Assembly: GCA_963727445.1 (NCBI GenBank)
Contig: CAVSGI010000010.1
Coordinates: 448,001-512,000 of the forward strand
Length of the DNA: 64,000 bases
Source: an uncultured delta proteobacterium
GTDB lineage: Bacteria > Myxococcota_A > Polyangia > Polyangiales > B10-G4
Direction: 5' to 3'
In this document: positions 30,057-43,756 of the stretch, one piece after another
Layout of the letters: each line of letters starts with the position of its first letter
Position numbering within the stretch: the stretch's first letter is position 1
The notes under the pieces: generated by a model
Database searches by the model: none
Told to the model about the DNA's origin: nothing
What the model saw: only the letters and a program-made list of their open reading frames with translations
Made by a program: the position numbers and the translations under genes

Positions 30057-31205
30057 TCAACGAAGAACGTGGCGCACGAGGAATGCGCGGTGGAACGCGC
30101 GCGGCGCGGGCGTCGCCTCCACGCGCGCAAACGCGTCGATGTTCGCTGCCGGGAGCCAGTAGAGGAGGACGTCTTCGTCGCGCGGATCGGGCGAGACCGG
30201 CATGTCCACAGGCATCGTCTCGTCGGCGCTCAGGCGATCCACGTTCGCCGGCAGGTCGTCTGCGACGATCCCATCCCCGACGTCCCCGTCTCCGATGTCC
30301 TCGTCGTCCTCGTCGTCCTCGGGTGCGCCCGCGGCGGCGCCGAAGAGCACCCGCCCCCACGCGCGGTCGAAGGCGCGCCCCTCCTCGCGCGTGAGGCCGA
30401 GCGCGTCGAGCGTTTGGCGCATGTCCGTGTGACCGAGCGCGGGCTCGCCGGTCGGGAGCGGGATCGTCACGCTTTCGCCGACGACCGGCACGTCGACGCG
30501 CGACGCCCGCGTCCCGTTCGGTCCGCGCGTGACGCGCCAGATCGCTGGGAGCCTCCCGATGGTGCGGATGTCGGTGTTCGTCACCACGACGTCTGTGCCG
30601 CGCACCTCGACGCGGAGCGGGAGCGCGGGGGCGGCGGCCGCATTGGGCGCCCAGAGCCGGTAGAAGAGGAGCGGCGCGCGCACGTCGCCGACGCTCAAGC
30701 ATGCGGCGTCGGCGGTCTCGTAGATCCCGATCTCGGCGATCTCGCAGTAGCCGCCCGGGCACCGCCCATCGACGTCGGTCGGATAGCTGCCGCGACAGGT
30801 CCCACCGGCGTGGGCGTGCCACGCGAGCGGCGAGAGGTCGGTCGGCGGATAGTGCTCGGCGATCGCGAGCCCCGCCCCGAGCGTCACGCGCAGGTCGAGA
30901 TCGAGCTCCGCCCCACTTTCCGGGTGGACGTAGAGCACGGGTTTGTCGACCGCCATCGGCATCGCGGCTGGGTGCATGCCCGGACCGGCGGCGACCTCGA
31001 AGCTGCCTTGCCGGACGGCGATCAAGCCCCACTCGTGGAGGTCGTACGGCGCGGCGACGGAGGGGGGCTCCGTCTCGTGTTCGGCGGTGGGCGTCGAAGG
31101 CGACTCGACGTCGGGCCCGGCTGCGGGAGGTTGGCACCCGCAGGCGGCGCCGAGCATCGCCACGACGAGGGCCAAGACGAGCGCGAAAGCGGAGAAGAGA
31201 CGCAT
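30057..31205 (-). CDS. Hypothetical exported protein/lipoprotein
   Basis: Signal peptide; LHEWG...KPVLYVH...LFYR...GLTREE. Confidence 0.7.
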   Translation of the reverse strand: MRLFSAFALVLALVVAMLGAACGCQPPAAGPDVESPSTPTAEHETEPPSVAAPYDLHEWGLIAVRQGSFEVAAGPGMHPAAMPMAVDKPVLYVHPESGAELDLDLRVTLGAGLAIAEHYPPTDLSPLAWHAHAGGTCRGSYPTDVDGRCPGGYCEIAEIGIYETADAACLSVGDVRAPLLFYRLWAPNAAAAPALPLRVEVRGTDVVVTNTDIRTIGRLPAIWRVTRGPNGTRASRVDVPVVGESVTIPLPTGEPALGHTDMRQTLDALGLTREEGRAFDRAWGRVLFGAAAGAPEDDEDDEDIGDGDVGDGIVADDLPANVDRLSADETMPVDMPVSPDPRDEDVLLYWLPAANIDAFARVEATPAPRAFHRAFLVRHVLR

Positions 31206-31294
31206 GGGCTCTTCTAGACGTACGAGGACGCCCCGGAGTCTATCCCCTCCGATCAGCCCTCCGCCCGAAATCTCTCTTCATCCGGGGCCAGGCA

Positions 31295-31819
31295 CTAGCC
31301 GCAGTTCCAGAGCGACGGTTGCTCCGCACAGATCGCCGTGCGCTCCGCCGGCTCGACACAGACGCCCGTGAGATCGGCGCCGCCGCAGGTGGGGCTCTCC
31401 ATCACGCACTCGGTGCCGTCGGGGCACATGGTGCCCGCGATGCCCCCGCAGGTGGCCGCGCCGGTCCCGATGCAGAAGCCCATCTCGGACGAGCAGGTGG
31501 TGTTCGCCTGAAAGCACATCTCGTCCGTGTCGCAGTCGCCGCCGGAGGTGCAGAAGCCGATCACGTTGCCGGCGTCGGTGGCGCCGTCGCCAGCCGAGCC
31601 ATCGGCGGAGCCGTCGCCTGCGCTGCCGTCGCTGGCGCCGTCGGTGGTTCCCGTATCCGTGGCGCCGTCACCGGCCGTCGAGTCGGCGACCGTGCTGTCC
31701 GGCGTGCCGGTGTCGCTGGTGGTGCTGTCGGGGGTCCCGGTGTCACTCGCTGGGGTGCTGTCGTCCCCGCACGCGACGAGGAGGGCGATGGCGACTGAGG
31801 CAAGAAAGAGCTTCTTCAT
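31295..31819 (-). CDS. Cys-rich lipoprotein with a D/S/T-rich linker
   Basis: MKKLFLASVAIALLVAC. Confidence 0.75.
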   Translation of the reverse strand: MKKLFLASVAIALLVACGDDSTPASDTGTPDSTTSDTGTPDSTVADSTAGDGATDTGTTDGASDGSAGDGSADGSAGDGATDAGNVIGFCTSGGDCDTDEMCFQANTTCSSEMGFCIGTGAATCGGIAGTMCPDGTECVMESPTCGGADLTGVCVEPAERTAICAEQPSLWNCG

Positions 31820-31865
31820 GCGGGGAGCATGCAATGGGCGCCGGGCGGACGGCAAGCCGAAGAGG

Positions 31866-32237
31866 TCAGGGTTCGCGGAGGCAGCGGCCGGCGCGGCACA
31901 CGGCGGCGAAGTCGCCTTCTACCAGGGGGCAGCCGGCGCACTCTTCGACAGCGCAGCCGGCTTCCTCCTGGATCGGCGCGCAGTCGACGCTCGCGCATTC
32001 GGCGCGCTGCTGTTCGAGGGCATCTCCGCGGATCGCGTAGGGGACCGCGCAGCTGCAGCAGGCGCAACAGCCGGGGAAGTCGGTGACGACGCAGTCGGCG
32101 TCGTCGTCGCATGCCTCTTCGGGGGCGATGAAGTGGTTCTCGCTGTCATCGTCGTTCGGTGAGGCTTCGGACGCGGAGGATCCGCCGCACCCGAAAGCGA
32201 GCAAGAGGGCGAAGAGAAGGGGACGAAGGCGCGCCAT
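31866..32237 (-). CDS. Small Cys-rich lipoprotein
   Basis: Lipobox LAFGC; TGATG overlap with the upstream stop. Confidence 0.7.
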   Translation of the reverse strand: MARLRPLLFALLLAFGCGGSSASEASPNDDDSENHFIAPEEACDDDADCVVTDFPGCCACCSCAVPYAIRGDALEQQRAECASVDCAPIQEEAGCAVEECAGCPLVEGDFAAVCRAGRCLREP

Positions 32238-33451
32238 CAGCTGGACTTCTCCCATTCCACGCGCGGGTCGTAGTCCGGGTCGGGCGTCGCCTGTGCGGGG
32301 CGCTCGGCCTCGGGGACGTTGCGGAGGTTCAGCCGGATGCGGGTCCAGGTGGTGTAGCGGCCTCGCATGGCATCCACCAGAACGTCCGCGGGCTCGAGGC
32401 AGGCGGCCGCCTTGGGGTGCTTCGCTTTCCATCGTTCGAGGCCGGCGAGGGCGTCCTCCTTCTTCTTCGCCTGCGCGACGGTGACGAGAGGAATGCGCGC
32501 TCGCCGAACGCTGCTCGTCTCCCGCGCGGGGCCGTCCTCCGCGTCCTGTCGATGGGCGAGCTCCAAGAGCGCCTCGAGAGAGAACGCCGCGTCATCGATC
32601 CCCGCGTGAGGGTCGCCGCCCGTCGCAAAGCGCGCCGGCATCGTCTTCATCGTGAAGTCGGCGGGGTCGCAGTCGGCGAGCTCCTCCCAGGTGAGCGGCG
32701 CCGACACCCGCGCGTCCGGCCGCGGCCGTACCGAGTACGCCGACGCCACCGTCTTGTCCTTCGCGTTCTGGTTGTAGTCGAGGAAGACTCCGTGGCGCTC
32801 TTCCTTCCACCACGCAGCGGTCGCGAGCTTCGGCGCCCGCTTCTCGACGTCGCGCGCGACCGCGAGCGCCGCGCGCCTCACGTCGTCGAAGCCCCACTTG
32901 CGCTCGATGCGTACGTAGATGTGGATCCCGCGCGAGCCGCTCGTCTTCGGCCAGCCGACCAGGCCCTGCGCGTCGAGGCTTTCGCGGGTGACCATGGCGA
33001 CGTCGCGGATCTGCGCCCATTCGACGCCCGGCACCGGGTCGAGATCGATCCGCAGCTCGTCGGGGTGTTCGAGGTCGTCCGCCCGGATCGCGTGCGGGTT
33101 CAGGTCGAGACATCCCATCTGCGCGCACCAGATCAACGCAGCCGGATGGTCGATCACCAGCTCCTCCGCTTTGCGGCCGGAGGGAAACGAGAGCGTCACC
33201 GTCTTCGTCCACTCGGGTCGCGTCTTGGGCACGCGCTTCTGGTAGAAGGGATCCTCCCCGATCCCGTTCACGAAGCGCTTCATGACGAAGGGACGATTCA
33301 TCACACCGCGAAGCGCGCCCTCGGCGACCGCCAGGTAGTACTGGATGAGGTCGAGCTTGGTGAGGCCCGCCTCGGGGAAGTAGACCTTGTCCGGGCTCGA
33401 GATACTGACTTCGCGCCCTGCGACTTCGAAGGCGATTCGCTTCTTGGCCAT
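32237..33451 (-). CDS. Stand-alone LigD-type primase-polymerase (Prim-PolC-like) with C-terminal extension
   Basis: SSPDKVYFP, FYQKR, ELRIDLDP, KTSGSRGIH, FLDYNQN, VSAPLTWEE. Confidence 0.92.
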   Translation of the reverse strand: MAKKRIAFEVAGREVSISSPDKVYFPEAGLTKLDLIQYYLAVAEGALRGVMNRPFVMKRFVNGIGEDPFYQKRVPKTRPEWTKTVTLSFPSGRKAEELVIDHPAALIWCAQMGCLDLNPHAIRADDLEHPDELRIDLDPVPGVEWAQIRDVAMVTRESLDAQGLVGWPKTSGSRGIHIYVRIERKWGFDDVRRAALAVARDVEKRAPKLATAAWWKEERHGVFLDYNQNAKDKTVASAYSVRPRPDARVSAPLTWEELADCDPADFTMKTMPARFATGGDPHAGIDDAAFSLEALLELAHRQDAEDGPARETSSVRRARIPLVTVAQAKKKEDALAGLERWKAKHPKAAACLEPADVLVDAMRGRYTTWTRIRLNLRNVPEAERPAQATPDPDYDPRVEWEKSS

Positions 33452-33502
33452 CGGATGCGAGCATACGTTGACGCTGATGCCGCCGGCCAACAGACTCGGA
33501 GG

Positions 33503-34624
33503 ATGCGTCTCATCGGCTCGCTCCTCCTCCTCGCGCTCATGTCGGGGTGTCCCAAGTCGCGAACACGAACCATCGGGGACGCGAGCATGCCCATCGACGG
33601 GACGCTCCCCCTCGACTCCGCTCCCGTCGACTCCGCCGCCGACAGTCGCCTGCCGCCCGGGCCGGCGAACGAGCTCGACGTCCTCTTCGTCGTCGACAAC
33701 TCCAACTCGATGGCCGAGGAGCAGGTCTCCTTCGCGGAGCAGCTGCCGGGCTTCATCGGGGGTCTCGGCGACCGATACCCGGCCGTGCACGTCGGCGTGG
33801 TCACCACCGACATGGGCACGGGGGGCTTCCTGGTCCCCACCTGCTCCGAGCCGAACTTCGGCGACGACGGCGTGCTCCGCGCGGCGGGCAACACCGCGCT
33901 CTCGGGCTGCGAAGCGACCTATCCGCCGTTCCTCGTCTACGATCCGGCGACGGACGACCCCGATGCCTTCGCTTCGAGCCTCGCGTGCGTCGCCAGCGCC
34001 GGCACCGGCGGCTGCGGTTTCGAGCAGCCCCTCGAGGCGATGCTCAAGGCCGTCACCCCCTCGACCGTCGGCGCGACCGGGCGCTTCGACGGAACCTTCT
34101 CGATGGGCACGACGGGCCACGCCGACCTCGAGAATGCCGGCTTCCTCGGTCCCAACGCCGACCTGCTCCTGGTCCTGCTCAGCGACGAAGAGGACTGCTC
34201 CGCCCTCGATCCCGAGCTCTTCAACCCCTCGAGCGCGATCTACACGGGGGACCTGAACCTGCGCTGCTACTCCTATCCCGGGGCCATCCAGCCGGTGGAG
34301 CGCTACGTCGACGGCCTGCTCGCCGGCCGCGATCCCCGCCGCGTCCACTACGTGCCGATCGCCGGCATTCCCACCTACGTCGCGGGCACCGACTACGAGG
34401 GCATCCTCTCCGATCCCTCGATGCAGGAGATGATCGATCCCGACGTGCCCACGCGGCTGAGACCTTCGTGCAACGTCGCGGGTCGCGGCTTCGCGTTCGC
34501 ACCCCGCCGGATGGTGGAGGTCGGCCGACAGCTCGACGATCGGGGTGCTGCGGTGACCATCCAGTCCGTCTGCGAGGCCGACTTCAGCCCGGCCTTCGAC
34601 GCCATCGACGCGCTCTTGCGCTGA
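33503..34624 (+). CDS. VWA-like lipoprotein of the myxobacterial type
   Basis: DVLFVVDNSNSMAEEQ, GCGFEQPLEA, SDEEDCS. Confidence 0.85.
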   Translation: MRLIGSLLLLALMSGCPKSRTRTIGDASMPIDGTLPLDSAPVDSAADSRLPPGPANELDVLFVVDNSNSMAEEQVSFAEQLPGFIGGLGDRYPAVHVGVVTTDMGTGGFLVPTCSEPNFGDDGVLRAAGNTALSGCEATYPPFLVYDPATDDPDAFASSLACVASAGTGGCGFEQPLEAMLKAVTPSTVGATGRFDGTFSMGTTGHADLENAGFLGPNADLLLVLLSDEEDCSALDPELFNPSSAIYTGDLNLRCYSYPGAIQPVERYVDGLLAGRDPRRVHYVPIAGIPTYVAGTDYEGILSDPSMQEMIDPDVPTRLRPSCNVAGRGFAFAPRRMVEVGRQLDDRGAAVTIQSVCEADFSPAFDAIDALLR

Positions 34625-34637
34625 GGGGTCGCTCTGG

Positions 34638-35261
34638 CTACTCCGCGGCGGCCCCGCAGGGGGCGCTGTCGGGGTTCGCCTCGCAGTGCGCGTCCATCGC
34701 GCTCGAGACCGCGTCTTCGAGCCGCGTCAGGCCCGCTTCGCGACCGAGGGAGAGCGCCTCCTCTTTGCTCAGGCCCTGCACGAAGAAGGCGCGGAGCGCC
34801 ACCATCGCGCCGGCGCGGTTGCCGCTGGCGCAGTGAAGGACGGTGGTGCTCTCCGCGTCGCCGATCGCCTCGTCCACCTCGCGCGCCTCGTCCTCGGTCA
34901 GATCCGCGGCGCCGGCGATGGGGATCGAGACGAAGGTCATGCCCATCTCCTCCACCATCGCCTGCTCGTCGCTGGCGCCGGGCTCCTCGGGCGTTCGAAG
35001 GCTGATCACCGTCGTGACGCCGAGGTCCCGCGCCCGCTCCAGCGCTTCGCGGTCGGGCATCCCGCCCGTGATGAGGCCGCTGAGCAGATGGCGTTCGTTG
35101 GGCAGACCCAGCGACGGCTCCACGCTCCCGCCCGCAGTCGCCTCGCTCTGGGCGGGTGTCGCCGCCCCACTGCTCTGATCGTCAGCATCGGCCTGCGCGC
35201 CGCCGCCACCGCAGGCCGATATCCACAGAGTCGAGAGCACGAGAAGAAACGCGATTCGCAT
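34638..35261 (-). CDS. PTP-like/DUF442 sulfur-transferase-domain lipoprotein
   Basis: VISLR..EE and HCASGNRAG (CX5R); lipobox ISAC. Confidence 0.8.
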   Translation of the reverse strand: MRIAFLLVLSTLWISACGGGGAQADADDQSSGAATPAQSEATAGGSVEPSLGLPNERHLLSGLITGGMPDREALERARDLGVTTVISLRTPEEPGASDEQAMVEEMGMTFVSIPIAGAADLTEDEAREVDEAIGDAESTTVLHCASGNRAGAMVALRAFFVQGLSKEEALSLGREAGLTRLEDAVSSAMDAHCEANPDSAPCGAAAE

Positions 35262-35295
35262 GTCCCGGAGGATACTTGATATGGTCCCCGGCGAC

Positions 35296-37263
35296 ATGGG
35301 TACACCCCTCGCCACCATCGACATCGTCATCGTCATCGGCTTCCTCGTGCTGGTGACGATCGTCGGCTACGCGATGAGTCGCGTCGCCTCTCAGGGGCTC
35401 GAGGACTACTTCCTCGGCGGCAACAAGATCCCGTGGTGGGTCCTCGGCATCTCCACCTCGACATCGAACTTCGACATGTCGGGGACGATGATCATCGTCG
35501 CGGTCGTCTTCAGCCTCGGCTACAAGGGCTTCCTCGTCGAGATGCGCGGCGGCGTGGGCCTGGCTCTCGCTTTCCTCCTCGTTTCCGTGGGCAAGTGGCT
35601 ACGCCGTAGCCGGGTCATGACGCCCGCCGAATGGATGAAGATCCGCTTCGGCGTCGACAAGCCGGGACGCCTCGCCCATCTGCTCAGCGCCATCGCCAAC
35701 ATCGTGCTCTCCCTCGGCATGATCATCTACTTCTCGAAGGGCGCCGGGAAGTTCCTCACGCACTTCATCCCCGTCTCCGAGGTCTGGGCGACCGCGGGCA
35801 TGGTCGCGATCGGCCTCTTCTACACGCTCATGAGCGGCCTCTACGGCGTCGTCTTCACCGACGTCATCCAGATGATCCTGCTCAGCTTCACCGCGCTCTT
35901 CGTCACGGTGAACGCCTACGGGATGACGCCCGAGATCACGCTCCCCGAAGGCTTCCTCTCACTCGACCTCGAGTCGCCTGCGGCGATGGGGGAGGCGCTG
36001 CTGGCGCGTGACCCGGCGACCTGGGATCCGATCTTCAACATGTTCGGCATCTGCGTCGTCATGTGGATCTTCCGCTCCACCCTCGAAGGCATGGGCGGGA
36101 TCGGTGGCTACACCGACCAGCGCTTCTTCGCCGCGCGGAGCGAGCGCGAGGCGAGCCTCCTCACCCTCGAGGCCGTCGTCCTCTCGGTCATGCGCTGGAC
36201 CATGGTCGCGGGCCTGGTGGTGATGGCCTTCCACCTCGTGCAGTCGGGCGGTGAGGGTGCCGAGATGGTCGTCGACGATCCGGAGCAGGTGCTCCCGGTG
36301 GTCCTCGGGCACCTGTTGCCGGCCGGGATCCGCGGCGTGGTTCTCGCCGGGCTCATCGCCGCCGCCATGAGCACCTTCGACTCGACGCTCAACGCGGGCG
36401 CCAGCTACATCGTCCGCGACGTCTACGAGACCTACATCAACCCCGAGGCCACGCAGAAGCAGCTCATCCGCGTCTCCCATCTCGCGACCATCGGCCTGTG
36501 CATCGGCGGCGTGGGGCTCGCGGCCATCGTCCCGAACATCAACCAGATCTGGGGGCTCATCACCATGGGTCTGGGCGCTGGCCTCTTCGTGCCGCTCTTC
36601 CTCCGCTGGTACTGGCCGCGCTTCAACGGCTACGGCTTCGCCGCCGGCACTGGCGCCGGCATCGTGAGCGCGTTGATCTTCAACGCGGCCCTCTCGTGGC
36701 CTCTCTACTACTCCTTCCCGACCATCATCGGTTGTGCGCTCGCCGCCTCGGTCCTCACCACCCTCGCGACGCCTGCGCCCGACGAGGAGCTCCTCCTCGA
36801 CTTCTTCGAGCAGATCAATCCGTGGGGGCTGTGGTGGGGCGTCGCGCTCCGCGCCCAGGAGACGGGCCGCCTCACGAGGGAGCAGCTCATGTCGCGAACC
36901 TGGGAGCGCATCAACGACGGCATCGCCCTCTTCTTCTCGATCCCCTTCCAGATCTCTCTCCTCCTCGGAGGCATGGCGCTCGTCTTCCACGACTGGACGA
37001 AGTTCTCCTACTTCTTCATGGTCTCGGTGATCTGCGCCTTCGGTCTGTACTTCTTCTGGTATCGCAACCTGAAGTCGACCGAGGAGTGCGCGGCGGAGGA
37101 CGAGAAGTACAACGGCCGGCTCGCCGCCCTGGTGGCGAGGGCGGAGGGCCGCCCCGCCCCGGCCCACGTGGAGACCGTGGCACAGGTCGAAGCCTCGGCC
37201 CACGTCGGCGAGGATGAAGACCGCAACGACGACGACGACGACGACGACGAATCCGACGACTGA
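35296..37263 (+). CDS. Sodium:solute symporter
   Basis: DYFLGGNKIPWW, GVVFTDVIQ, QRFFAA, AAAMSTFDS; many TM helices. Confidence 0.92.
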   Translation: MGTPLATIDIVIVIGFLVLVTIVGYAMSRVASQGLEDYFLGGNKIPWWVLGISTSTSNFDMSGTMIIVAVVFSLGYKGFLVEMRGGVGLALAFLLVSVGKWLRRSRVMTPAEWMKIRFGVDKPGRLAHLLSAIANIVLSLGMIIYFSKGAGKFLTHFIPVSEVWATAGMVAIGLFYTLMSGLYGVVFTDVIQMILLSFTALFVTVNAYGMTPEITLPEGFLSLDLESPAAMGEALLARDPATWDPIFNMFGICVVMWIFRSTLEGMGGIGGYTDQRFFAARSEREASLLTLEAVVLSVMRWTMVAGLVVMAFHLVQSGGEGAEMVVDDPEQVLPVVLGHLLPAGIRGVVLAGLIAAAMSTFDSTLNAGASYIVRDVYETYINPEATQKQLIRVSHLATIGLCIGGVGLAAIVPNINQIWGLITMGLGAGLFVPLFLRWYWPRFNGYGFAAGTGAGIVSALIFNAALSWPLYYSFPTIIGCALAASVLTTLATPAPDEELLLDFFEQINPWGLWWGVALRAQETGRLTREQLMSRTWERINDGIALFFSIPFQISLLLGGMALVFHDWTKFSYFFMVSVICAFGLYFFWYRNLKSTEECAAEDEKYNGRLAALVARAEGRPAPAHVETVAQVEASAHVGEDEDRNDDDDDDDESDD

Positions 37264-37269
37264 CGCGCG

Positions 37270-38670
37270 ATGTACGCACCGACGGGATTTTCGGGCTCCG
37301 AGCTCGGAGACGTGGAGGTGGTCTTTCACGACGGCCGCTTCCATCTCTTTCACCTGAACCTGCCCAACCACGACGTGATCGCTCACGCCGTCTCCCCCGA
37401 CGGGATCCGCTGGGAGCCCAGGCGCGCCGCGCTCCACACGGGTCCTGCTGGAAGCTTCGACGACGACCAGCTGTGGACGATGAGCGTTCAGCCGTGGGGC
37501 GGACGCTTCTACATGCTCTACACGGCGCTCAGTCGCTCCGATGGCGGTCGGGTGCAGCGGATGGGGCTCGCCATCAGCGACGATCTCGAGCGCTGGGAGA
37601 AGCACCCCGGTCCGGTCAGCGAGGCGGTCGCGCCCTATCGCACGGACCGCGATGGCGCGCCTTGGGTCGCGTGGCGTGACCCCAAGCCCGTGATCCTCGA
37701 CGACGGCCGGGTCCACGTCGTGCTCTGCGCCCGCGATCCCAGCGCCCCCGCCCTACGACAGGGGGCGGTGGCGCACCTGGTGAGCGACGACATGAAAGCG
37801 TGGCAGGTGCTGCCACCCCTCTTCGCGCCGAGACAGCACTACGAGATCGAATGCCCTCAGCTCTTCACTCGGGGTGAGCGCCTCTACCTCACGGCGGCGG
37901 TGCTCGAAGCGCGGGAGCAGCGGTACTGGATCGCCGACTCCCTCGAGGGCCCCTTCCGCATCCCGCGCCGCGCTGCGCTGATGCCGCCCCGCTGCTACGC
38001 CGCGAGGGTGTGCGCGGTGGGAGACGAGCGCTGGGTCTTCGGCTTCCACGATCCCGGCGGGGGCCGCGGCCTCCGGGATCGGATCTATCCCTCCGCTCTG
38101 CTCCTCGACGCCGCTGAGGACGGCGAGCTCGCGTCGCGCCGATGCCCCGGTTGGGATGCGCTGGCTGCGTCCGCCGAGAGCCTCGCGCCCGAACGGCTCG
38201 AGGCCCGCTTCGGGCTGGCGGACGCGCGCCGACAGGGGCGGACCTTCATCGCCGAGAGCGGGATGGAGCTCTTCTCGTGCCCCCGCCCCGAAGACGCGAT
38301 CATGACCCTCGAGGTGGAGGTCGACGCGCCGCTCTTCGGCGTGGCCCTCGACGCAGGCCCCGACGGCCGCGGGACCTTCCTCGAGCTCGACTGTGGAGCG
38401 CGGACGGCGCGCCTGGTGACCTACGTATCGGCGGAGCAGGACGACCACCCGTGGTTTGGCCGGCGCGTGCTCTCGGAGGGCGCTTTCGAGCCCGCGGCGC
38501 GGAGCGTCGTCGAGGTGATCTGCGCGGCGGGGGAGGTGATCGTCTCGGTGGACGGCCGCGCCATCCTCTCCACCCATCGTCGCCCCGTGGCCCCTGCGTG
38601 CGTCGGCCTCCTCGTCGCCTCCGGGCGCGTACAGCTCGAGTCGGGCTCCGTTCGCTCCGTCGCGCTCTGA
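37270..38670 (+). CDS. Glycoside hydrolase family 32-like (five-blade beta-propeller)
   Basis: GD (nucleophile position), WRDP and IECP motifs; 6 bp downstream of the symporter. Confidence 0.8.
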   Translation: MYAPTGFSGSELGDVEVVFHDGRFHLFHLNLPNHDVIAHAVSPDGIRWEPRRAALHTGPAGSFDDDQLWTMSVQPWGGRFYMLYTALSRSDGGRVQRMGLAISDDLERWEKHPGPVSEAVAPYRTDRDGAPWVAWRDPKPVILDDGRVHVVLCARDPSAPALRQGAVAHLVSDDMKAWQVLPPLFAPRQHYEIECPQLFTRGERLYLTAAVLEAREQRYWIADSLEGPFRIPRRAALMPPRCYAARVCAVGDERWVFGFHDPGGGRGLRDRIYPSALLLDAAEDGELASRRCPGWDALAASAESLAPERLEARFGLADARRQGRTFIAESGMELFSCPRPEDAIMTLEVEVDAPLFGVALDAGPDGRGTFLELDCGARTARLVTYVSAEQDDHPWFGRRVLSEGAFEPAARSVVEVICAAGEVIVSVDGRAILSTHRRPVAPACVGLLVASGRVQLESGSVRSVAL

Positions 38671-38728
38671 TGCGCCCCCGCCTGATCGAGTGGTGCTAAG
38701 ATCGGTCGCGGGTAGGTCGAGAGCTTTG

Positions 38729-39556
38729 ATGCGTCGTGTTCTTCCGGTTCTCCTGGTCGTCGTCGCCAGCGCGCCGAACGTCGCCTTCGCGGGAGAGGAT
38801 TGCCCCGGGATCTGTCCCCTCGGCCAGGTGTGCGTGCAGGGGCAGTGCGTGCCCGAAGCCGACGCCCCCTCCGCTGGGGGTGGCGTGGTGATGACGCCCC
38901 AGACGACGACGCCTCAAACGCCGACGCCGACACCCACCCCTGCCACCTCGACCATCCCGATCCAGGAGCAGACCTCCATCCCGATCAGCGATCAGACCAT
39001 CGCCTCGGTCCCGACCCCAGAGGTCGACCCCTGGGCGCGCCTGTACTCGATCACCGTCGATCCCCTCGGCTTCGCCCTCTACGGCCCGTCCCTGAAGTTC
39101 GAGGTGGGCACCTTCATCTCCGGCTACGCGCGGGTGCGTTTTCCGAATGCCGGCCTCGTCCACGTCGCCCAGAACATCGGCGACACGGAGTTCGACTGGG
39201 GCTTCTCTGCGGGCGGCGGCATCCGCGGCTACGTGGGTCGAGAGAGCCAACAGGGTTTCCTCTTCGGCGCCGGCTTCGAGATCGCCCACACCGTCCGGCG
39301 CTCGGACGATCAAGACACGAGCGGCGCATCGCTGGCGCGGTGGAGCACGACCTCCTTCATGCCCGGTCTCGAGATCGGCTATCGCCTGGTCACCACCACC
39401 GGCTTCACCTTCACCGTCTCGGGCGGCGCGTTCTATGTCCTCAATCTCGGCTTCGATCTACAGGGGAGCTTCACATCCCCAGGTCGAGACCCACCCACGC
39501 CCACCGACGGCGACGTCTACCCCCTCGTCCAACTCGACCTGGGCTACGCCTTCTGA
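38729..39556 (+). CDS. Hypothetical outer-membrane beta-barrel protein
   Basis: Signal peptide; ends in LDLGYAF. Confidence 0.7.
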   Translation: MRRVLPVLLVVVASAPNVAFAGEDCPGICPLGQVCVQGQCVPEADAPSAGGGVVMTPQTTTPQTPTPTPTPATSTIPIQEQTSIPISDQTIASVPTPEVDPWARLYSITVDPLGFALYGPSLKFEVGTFISGYARVRFPNAGLVHVAQNIGDTEFDWGFSAGGGIRGYVGRESQQGFLFGAGFEIAHTVRRSDDQDTSGASLARWSTTSFMPGLEIGYRLVTTTGFTFTVSGGAFYVLNLGFDLQGSFTSPGRDPPTPTDGDVYPLVQLDLGYAF

Positions 39557-39558
39557 GC

Positions 39559-43125
<3,567 letters not shown>

Positions 43126-43141
43126 GCTATACTCGCTCTCG

Positions 43142-43756
43142 ATGCGGGTGAGCTCTTTCTTCTTCGTCCTGTCGACGCTCGGCGCCCTCGGGTGCAACGG
43201 CGGGAGCGCCGAGCCCATGGCCGGCAGCGATCCGGAGGCGGATCTGCCGCCGGGAGACGTCGGCGATTTCGATGACTCCAAGGCGGACCTCGGTGCCATC
43301 GAGTGGCGGCGGCCCGAGGAGCCCACCACCTTCACCATCGGCGAGTCCCATCCGGCCTCGATCGACTACAGCCAGTGCTACGAGGTCCCGACCGACGATC
43401 CGATGACCGACATCCACATCGTCTGCGATCCAGCCTGGAGCGAGGTGGAGTGGTTCCGGGTGGACCCCGCGGACGTGGCCGCGGCCATCGAGGACGGCCG
43501 GCCCACCCTCGTCGTGCGCTTCGACCCGCAGATCGAGGGCGAGCAACTCCTGCTTCGCGCCTCGATCCACGCGGTGGATGACGCGGGGGAGACCACCCGC
43601 CTCGAGTCCCTGGCCCAGCTCTTCGCCGGCGACACCATCTCCCACACCTTCGAGGCCGCTTCGGAGATCTATGTGTACGTGGGGCATGGGCGGACCCTCG
43701 TCGGTCCCTGGGACACCGGGACCATCGACTTCGTCGTCACCCCCTATTTCGAATGA
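43142..43756 (+). CDS. Hypothetical lipoprotein
   Basis: Lipobox ALGC; DSKAD motif. Confidence 0.7.
   Translation: MRVSSFFFVLSTLGALGCNGGSAEPMAGSDPEADLPPGDVGDFDDSKADLGAIEWRRPEEPTTFTIGESHPASIDYSQCYEVPTDDPMTDIHIVCDPAWSEVEWFRVDPADVAAAIEDGRPTLVVRFDPQIEGEQLLLRASIHAVDDAGETTRLESLAQLFAGDTISHTFEAASEIYVYVGHGRTLVGPWDTGTIDFVVTPYFE

Noticed and set aside
28812..31217. 801-aa DNA ligase with a novel C-terminal domain
   Set aside because: Read-through caused by the +1 base at about 29863. The extension is antisense to the real gene at 30057-31205.
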